Shown here: one piece after another, positions 56,031 to 64,000 of the stretch
Position numbering within the stretch: position 1 is the first letter of the stretch
Layout of the letters: the number at the start of each line of letters is the position of its first letter
Assembly: GCA_012295275.1 (NCBI GenBank)
Contig: CM022667.1
Span: 14,508,001 to 14,572,000 of the forward strand
DNA length: 64,000 nt
Origin: Chrysomallon squamiferum
Taxonomy: Eukaryota > Animalia > Mollusca
Reading direction: 5' to 3'
Program-made: the position numbers and the translations under genes
The notes under the pieces: generated by a model
The model's database searches: none
The model's input: the letters and a program-made list of their open reading frames with translations, nothing else
What the model was told of the DNA's origin: nothing

Positions 56031-58748
56031 AAGGAAGATAAAGGAATAGATTATAGAGAGAGAGAATAAGCAGAAATAATTAAATAAAAGCTAAGATAAC
56101 GAAATAAAAATAGGAAAAAAGTAAAAAACCAGAAAACAAAAAGAGAGAGACAAAATAAAACAGGAGGAGTGGATATTTCAGATAATCACTAATTAACAAA
56201 ATTTTTATTTATTATATAAAGTAAAATTAAATTTAAAAAATAATGATACATTAAAATAAAATAGTAAGAAAGTAAAATAAATAATAAATAAAGAAAGAAG
56301 GAAAAAAAGAAATGGAATTTAACACCAAACATCGACGACGGAGACTCGATCCCACATCCTGGTGGTTAAACAAACACAAGTTAGTTTTTAATTTATTAAA
56401 TAACGACCTGTTTCCTGTTCTCTTTACAGCTGTCATCCATAATTAGTTTGACATTCGTTTGCGCATGTCGCAAAAAAACAAAGCTTCCGGAGTTCTGAAA
56501 AGCTAAGTGTAGAGACATTTTCACACCATTGTCGTTGAACCTTTGTTTGAATTTCAAAATTGCCTTTGGCACGTACCAATAAAGATGGAAAAGAAGATAG
56601 ATACGAAAAAAAAATTCCGCTACATCCGTTTTATTAAGTAAAAGAAATAAAGAATGAAAACATGGAAGCAAAATAAAAATGATTTTTATAATTTTTTTAT
56701 CATTTATTTTTTTAGATTTTCCTATTTACTCGATGTTTTCTTTCTTTATCGACAATTTTTATTTCTTCTTGATCGAAATGAAGTTCGATCTAGGAAATTA
56801 ACACACTTTTAAAACCAGTGTAGAAAGTAAACACTGATGTAAATTGATTCTAAACAAATGAACAACATCATCAACAACAACAAAAAAAAAAAGAAAAAAA
56901 AAAAAAAAAAAAAGAAAAAGGAAAACAACTAAAAAGCAACAAATAAAAACAGAAGACAAAATAAAAACAAAAACAATACATAAATGCGTCAGATACAATA
57001 CAATACAAGGAAAAAGAAAAAAATAATAAAAAAAATAATAATAAAATAAATACTCAGACCATTTAATTTTTTTTTTTAATTACTATGCCTGAAGGAGAGA
57101 TATCGGATATTTTCAATTGAGTTCAGAACACATAACTAAACAAAAAAAAAAAAAATAAAAATAAAAAATTCAAATTTTGAATCATGTTTACTCAAAGCTG
57201 ATCTGCGTGTTGCTTTGTGGTTAGTTTCGAATGGGTGGTTACTGCAAACTTCAATCCAACGCTAAAAAAAATATGTCCTGAATTTATTTGATCTGTTGTT
57301 ACTTTAATCTTACGCTAAAAAAATATGAATGAATCTCGTCTTCGTTCGTTCGATGTAACAACAGATTAAAATAATAATAATAAAGAATAATAATAAAAAG
57401 GTTAACCAACAGTTTGAGGAATTGAATTGTAAAATTAGGGAATAAGAAAAAATAATTAAAAAATATGTAAATAAGTAAGTGAAAAATAAGTAAGCAGAAA
57501 AACAGAAAGAAGAAATAAACAAATAAACAAATAAATAAATAAATAAATAAATACTATTACTACTGCTACTGTTACTATATTTACTACTACCACTACTATC
57601 ACCATATCAATACTACTACTATTGCTGCTACTATTACTACTACTGCTACGGCTGATACTACCACTACTACTACTAATATTACCATAACTACCACTGCTAC
57701 TACTACTACTACTACTACTACTACTGCTACTAATACTACATTACCTATGATAACATTCTGCATCGGGAATTGATTTACAGCTGATGCAGTTTACCTTGTA
57801 TTGTGACACGTTTTCTTAAACTGCTTAATGGAGCGTAAAACGTCTTCGGTGTTTACGTGTAACAGCCGATGTGACCCACGTCTCAGGATCAACAACTTCG
57901 TCGACGTTGTCGGACGAATGACCCACAAATGGCGCGCAAATCAAACATCGTCATTTGGTTCAGTCTTGTAAGAAACTACGACGGCGTGTAGTTTTTGTAT
58001 CGAATTTTTATTCTCGCGTCATTTAACGAAATCGACGCGAAATGACATTGACCAAAGTTCATGCCAGTTTAATGCTTATTTTTTCAATTCTTTTAAGTGT
58101 ATCTTATAGAATTTCTTTCCACTTAAGCCGAATTTGAAAAGATGTGGATAATGTGTTTCTGAAACCAACCCTCCCATCGTTAGCTGTGTATATATTTATT
58201 AGTAGAGTGTGTTCGTGGGTGTGTGTGCGTGTGTGTGTGTGTCTGTACGTACGTATGTGTGTAGCATACACTTGTCTGTCTGTGTTTCAGCTGCTATTTT
58301 TACTTCTAAGTTATCACTGCTATAGAAAGTTACTACTGCTCCAGCGTCTACTACATACACTGCCACCAATATCACCGCCACTGTCACTGTTATAAACACC
58401 TCCATTACACAACAACAACTGCTACTGCAACAACTAATATTAATTATTATTATTACAACATGCACAACTATTACGGCTGCTGCTACTACTACTACTACTA
58501 CTACTACTAGTACTACTATTTCTATTATTATTATTAAATTACCACTATAGCTGCTACTACTACTACTACTAGTACTACTACTACTACTACTACTACTGCA
58601 ACTACTAAACAGCTACTACGATGGATACTTAAGCATTAAACATACATCCAAACTAAAAAACAAAAATATAATAAATAAAAAAAAATAAGCAAAATCATCG
58701 AATTAATGGAATGTTAGACAAATGAAGTTTCGAATCAGAGAATAGCGT

Positions 58749-58762
58749 GTTTCCATGGCAAC
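58749..58762. promoter_or_regulatory. Consensus RFX X-box
   Basis: GTTTCCATGGCAAC matches GTTNCCATGGNAAC. Confidence 0.4.
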
Positions 58763-58981
58763 ACGTCCAAATGTGTTCATGCAGCCATAATCAACCATGA
58801 TGGGGTGATGGAAATATTGTCCCATGAGAAAACTTTATTTTTTTACATTATTTTTTTTTATTTTCATTTTTTTTTTTTACCATGACGAATTCAATCCATC
58901 TGAAAAGATATTTATCTTCAATATCTTTAGAAGACTGAATAATTATTCATGATTATTATTGTTATCGTCGCCTTCATCATT

Positions 58982-59017
<36 letters not shown>

Positions 59018-59410
59018 TTCATCAGAAATATAATAATAATCAGTATAATCGGTGCCTTATCATCATCATGGTTCTCAACAGTTTCTGTCAAAATAATGAT
59101 CAGTGTCACAAAAATTAAATGTGGATGTTGACATCAAAGTGAAAAAAAGTTGTTTATCTTCGTAAAAGTTCAAAATCTGAAAAACAAATATCTGTAGTTG
59201 TAAATTATGAGACAAAGCAAACAGACATTATAATATTGATGATGATAATGATGATGACAACGATGATGACAACGATGATGATGATTATAGTAATAATAGT
59301 AATAATAATAATAATGATAATGATGATGATGATAATAATGATGATGCGTATAATAATAATGGTAACGATGATGATGACGCTTATAATAATGATGATAAAA
59401 ATAATAATGA

Positions 59411-59448
<38 letters not shown>

Positions 59449-59500
59449 ATAATAATAATAATAATGATAATGCCAATAATTATGATGATTTTAATAATGT

Positions 59501-59587
59501 AAATAACAGCGACATCGTCATCATAGTAATAAAAATAACAGCGACACCGTCATCATAGCAATAAAAATAATAGCGACACCGTCATCA
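59501..59587 (+). repeat. 32-bp minisatellite, ~2.7 copies
   Basis: Unit AAATAACAGCGACAYCGTCATCATAGYAATAA, with GCGACA at 59509, 59541 and 59573. Confidence 0.9.
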
Positions 59588-60715
59588 CCATCAAGGTTAT
59601 GAACAATAACAATTTGACTCTTTACACCAGTCACTTAAATAAGAGTTTTAAAACAGTGATAATAAAATCTATCCACTGAGAAAGTCTTTTTTTATTTTAT
59701 TTTTTTTTTTTTTCATTTTCTGGCCTCTTTTCATAACCATGCAAAAAAAAAAAACCTTAAAGAAATTACTGACTCTGTTTAAAAGAGACTAAAAATAATA
59801 ACAAAAAAAAAAAACAGAATGAAAATTTATAATACTCTCTACAGAATTAATGCTACTGTCAGTCTTTCTATTATGTTCGGCACCTACCACGGTGTTTAAT
59901 GGATGTCGTGTCAAAGAAGTCATATTGCCACTAGCGAGGCGTGTCAAAATCCATCACGAAACACGTACAATAAAACGGAATTATTACTACAGCAGTACAG
60001 CGAGGCTTAATTGGGTCGTTTCGTTTCGAAGCTGTGTATATATGTATTTTGTAAAAAAAAATGATAGAAATAGTCGCGCAGTGCTTCAGCTTAATTGAAA
60101 TATGTCGTAGATCTTTTGACTGTAAAATGTTTGTTTTTGTGGTTTTTTTTCTTCTGAAAGTGTGGGTTTAGTGTTATTTGTATTTTTACCACTTACGACT
60201 CTACGAATGTATGTATGTACAGTTTCCGAAAAAAAAGAACTTGAAAACCGGTCTTTGAAATCTTAGTCCTTTGGCCTATATAATTAAAGGTTTGGATTAG
60301 TAATGAATGTCTGTATGTGTTATTTGTATGTTTTGTATGCCATGCTGTATGACTGTGTAAACACATACATTCAAACACACACCGACCGTTTTAAAGATTA
60401 TTTTGAAAAGATACATCTAGTCACATCCATAACGATTTCATACACACATATATTATATTAAAAAATAAAAGCTATACAATATATAAGCACATATATTACA
60501 GTTCCTGTGTATATATTAATATCACAAACAATTTGAGAAAAAGGCAGTAGGCTGTTTTCTCGATTTTTCCACTGTGACTGACGATGAATAAATTCTTTTC
60601 ATATCCAACTCTTGAACAGCTGTTCATGAGAAAAGCATTTACACAGATTCGTTATATTTGTTTACGACATAAATATAATATCTATATTCTGATTCCAGTT
60701 AATTCTTATTCAAAG

Positions 60716-60749
<34 letters not shown>

Positions 60750-61975
60750 TACTGTTTTTCGTATTGTCTTAATTACACTTTTCTTCCCAACGAAATGATT
60801 ACCTGTTTGGTCGAAAATAGATTATTCAGCCTTATTCTTTACATTACCTTATTATGACGTCATGTAACCATAGACGTTACGTTATTAAATTCACAAGCGT
60901 CTTCTGGAAACTAATTAACCAAAGTCATAAAATGGCCGCATTCGAGGTGATGGATACCTCTGACATGGTGGCCATCGTCGATATTATATTGCAAAATCAT
61001 CCAGCAATGTCATATTCACCGCGGTTTAAAACTCTTTTGTCAGTGTTTTTACGAACACAGTGATGATTCTACTGAACTACAAAATTTTCTTTTTGTTTAT
61101 TTTGCATTTGTTTAAAACCGAAAGAAGAATAAAAAAAAAAAACATAAGAAAAGAAAAGAAAATAAATAAAAGAAACTGAAAAGAAATTGAACATTATCTT
61201 TCAAATCTATTAATCTAAGCTGCTTTCAATCCGCACTATATCTATCATAACGATCTAATACGACGTCACAACCGACATTGCAGTACACATTAATTGCGTC
61301 ACTAACACCTTTCATTCACTTACTTCCTGCCATCTTCATTTAGTTCACATGCACACTTCATTTACTTCGAAAATAACTGAAATCCTTTATAAACAAAAAT
61401 AACCTGCATTGATTAACATTAAAAAAAAAAAAAACGATAAACCTTTAACATATATATATTTTTTTTATATGCACAGCTACAATAGTTACAACAACTATTA
61501 CATTGTTAGCAATATACGTGCCACGAAGATGACGTCACTGAGTAGATTATATCAGAATAGAACGTCGCCGACTCGCTATCATGGTGGATTATTCTGATGC
61601 TAAATATAATGTTTTAGATCTGTAACGAAGCGGCTTCTCTGTTTGTCTGACATTTAAGTTTTATATATTTAGAAAGACGATACACAGTCTCGTTTAATCC
61701 GGGATTTAACGAGATTGTGTAATAAGAAGATAATCCATTTTGAATGGGAATTATTTTTGAACTGAATTAATGTTAAGCGAGGCGAGAAAAGAAAAATGGT
61801 TGCTGATATGAGCATAAGGAAAAAACCTGATGACAATAACAAAAACTAATAATAATACAATATTAACAATAATAACAGAAGTGGTAGTAGAAGTAGTAGT
61901 AGTAGTAGCAATAGTAGCAGCAGTAGTAATAATAATTATTTTTTAATTACTATAATTATTAGTGGTTTTTAGTTT

Positions 61976-62037
<62 letters not shown>

Positions 62038-63459
62038 TGTTGTTGTTGTTGTTGTTGTTATGGTGGTTGTGGTTTTTATTATACCACAAAGTAAAATAAA
62101 TAGAAAATAATATTCAGCTGAACTTTAAATAAACCAACAACGACATAAACATTTTAATAAATTAAATCTCATCAAATCAAATCGAATATTCAAAATAAAG
62201 ACAATCATTTCGAAAGAATAAATATCCATAAATAACTTCTGAAGAAGAAGAAAAAAAAATAAATTACACAGCTTCACTTCTAAAAAAAGGTCAAGGAAAT
62301 TTAAATGAATCAGCAAACCCCAAATCGAGGCGTCTTCTTTGATCAATGACATGCGCAGAAATAAATTACCCAGAAGGCAATGAAACGTGAACGTTACGAC
62401 ATGGACGATAACAGATTAAATAAATAATCAAACAGACTGAAATGAAGAATGTCAGAAAACGCAAATTCGCTGTCAAATGCTTTACGCTAGAATAGCAAAA
62501 ACCCGCAGTAAGATTTATTCCAACTTTTTGGCGTTTTTTTTTTTTAAATTTTTTTATTTGTGCCCCATTCCGCGTTCTCTGTGCGCACTCTGTTCCCGTC
62601 TGGTACAAACACATCAGTAATGTTTTTTTTTCTAAATATTGTAACTTTTACAGAGATCACAAACTGTATCAATAAATGGACAGGATGGTGGTGTGTAGAA
62701 AAGAACTATATAGTCAGGAATGTTCATCCTACCACTTTTTTTGTAAAAACAGAACCAAAGAAAAACACAAACATATCCCTCCCCCCAAAAAACAAAAATC
62801 AATCAAACGAGCCACCCCTCAAAAGAAACACCCCACACCTATCATCATGCAGGAACAATACATATGGACACCAAGGAATATCGAACGTAATGACCAGCAT
62901 GTTCCTAATTCAACTATGACCGATGAATCTTGCTGTATATATATATATATATATATATATATCATGTCAGATTCACAAATATAACCGACAATAAAGCGAT
63001 CATACCAATGGCAGTAAAGAAAAAGGAGATTCAATTTCAAAAAAATAAATTCTCAGCGTAATCGGTTCAGACCGCTTCGTCGTAAGACATAAACGAGTTA
63101 ACCAAACACTAGGTCATTATCAAAGAGACGTAACGCTCGTGAGTCAATTACGTGAATACAATTATTAATAATAATAATAATAATAATAGCCCGGGCTGCT
63201 GCTATTGCGTTGTAACGCTTCGCTGGGCCATAATGATGCCGATGTGTTCGCAAAGTGGCGAGCGTAATGTTACAGCTTTAACAAGGTTTTGTGTTGTCAC
63301 AGTATTATGAGCATTACGACGTGGTGCGGACATTGCAACGTCCTTGTTAACAAGTGGGTTAATAAGGGTTGTAACGCGTAACATGTCTGTCAGTCTGCTT
63401 GTCTCTCTCTCTCTCAGCCTCTGTGTGTCTCTCTCTCTGTCTATTTGTTTTTCTCTATT

Positions 63460-63734
63460 TGAATATATTTGTATGTATTTTGTATTTTATGTATGTGTGG
63501 ATGAATGTTTATTTGTATGTATTTTGAATTTTATGTATGTGTGGATGTATGTTTAATGTATATATGTATGTATGTATGTATATATGTATGTATGTATGTA
63601 TGGATGGATGTATTTATGTATGTATGTATGTATGTATCTATGGATGCATGTATGTATATATGGATGTGTGTATATGTATATATGGATAAATGTATCTATG
63701 TATGTATGTATGTATGTATGTATGTGTGTGTATG

Positions 63735-63765
<31 letters not shown>

Positions 63766-63780
63766 TTATTTATATGTATA
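63460..63780. repeat. Degenerate (TATG)n/(TG)n tract
   Basis: Directly visible. Source of the MYVC-repeat ORFs. Confidence 0.9.
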
Positions 63781-64000
63781 TGCGACATTCGTAATAGAAT
63801 TATTACCACTACTACTACTAATAATAATAACAATAAGAAGAAGAAGAAAAAGAAACAGAAAGGCAATTCTTCCAGACAGTAAGACGAGTTTTATGTACAA
63901 TTAAAAAAAAAAAATTAATAATAATAATAAAAAAAAAATAAAATAATAAATAATAAAAAAAATAACACACACAAAAAGAACGAAAGAAAGAAGAACTGTT

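Noticed and set aside
59501-59587. 32-bp direct repeats as a CRISPR-like array
   Set aside because: Head-to-tail units with no unique spacers, in eukaryotic DNA with no cas genes. It is an ordinary minisatellite.

Overview
Very AT-rich, microsatellite-dense animal genomic DNA. An invertebrate with mosaic DNA methylation, possibly a mollusc or other lophotrochozoan, is inferred but not shown. The only host coding sequence I recognise is at the left edge: nt 1-120 encode the C-terminus of a ZDHHC3/7-type palmitoyltransferase (RRSKWLSLKSVFGHPFSWKWFSPFSTPQFVYQKNFTYAV*). It is followed by a probable multi-kb 3' UTR with alternative poly(A) signals inside a CpG-depleted domain that ends near 6.9 kb. 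The remaining ~57 kb has no recognisable host ORF. It alternates 0.3-1 kb CpG-rich unique islands with SSR spacers. The islands carry CRE/PAR-bZIP, E-box, NF-Y, ETS, Hox/Pbx/Meis, CTCF and RFX-type motifs and look like an enhancer-rich intergenic region or large intron. Also present are a decayed RTE-clade LINE 3' fragment, a possible hAT-type remnant, two inverted copies of an unclassified repeat, several local tandem duplications and a few candidate spliced exons. Nearly all listed ORFs are microsatellite artefacts. I cannot support a novel multi-gene system here. The most interesting signals are regulatory and architectural. All motif counts were made by eye.
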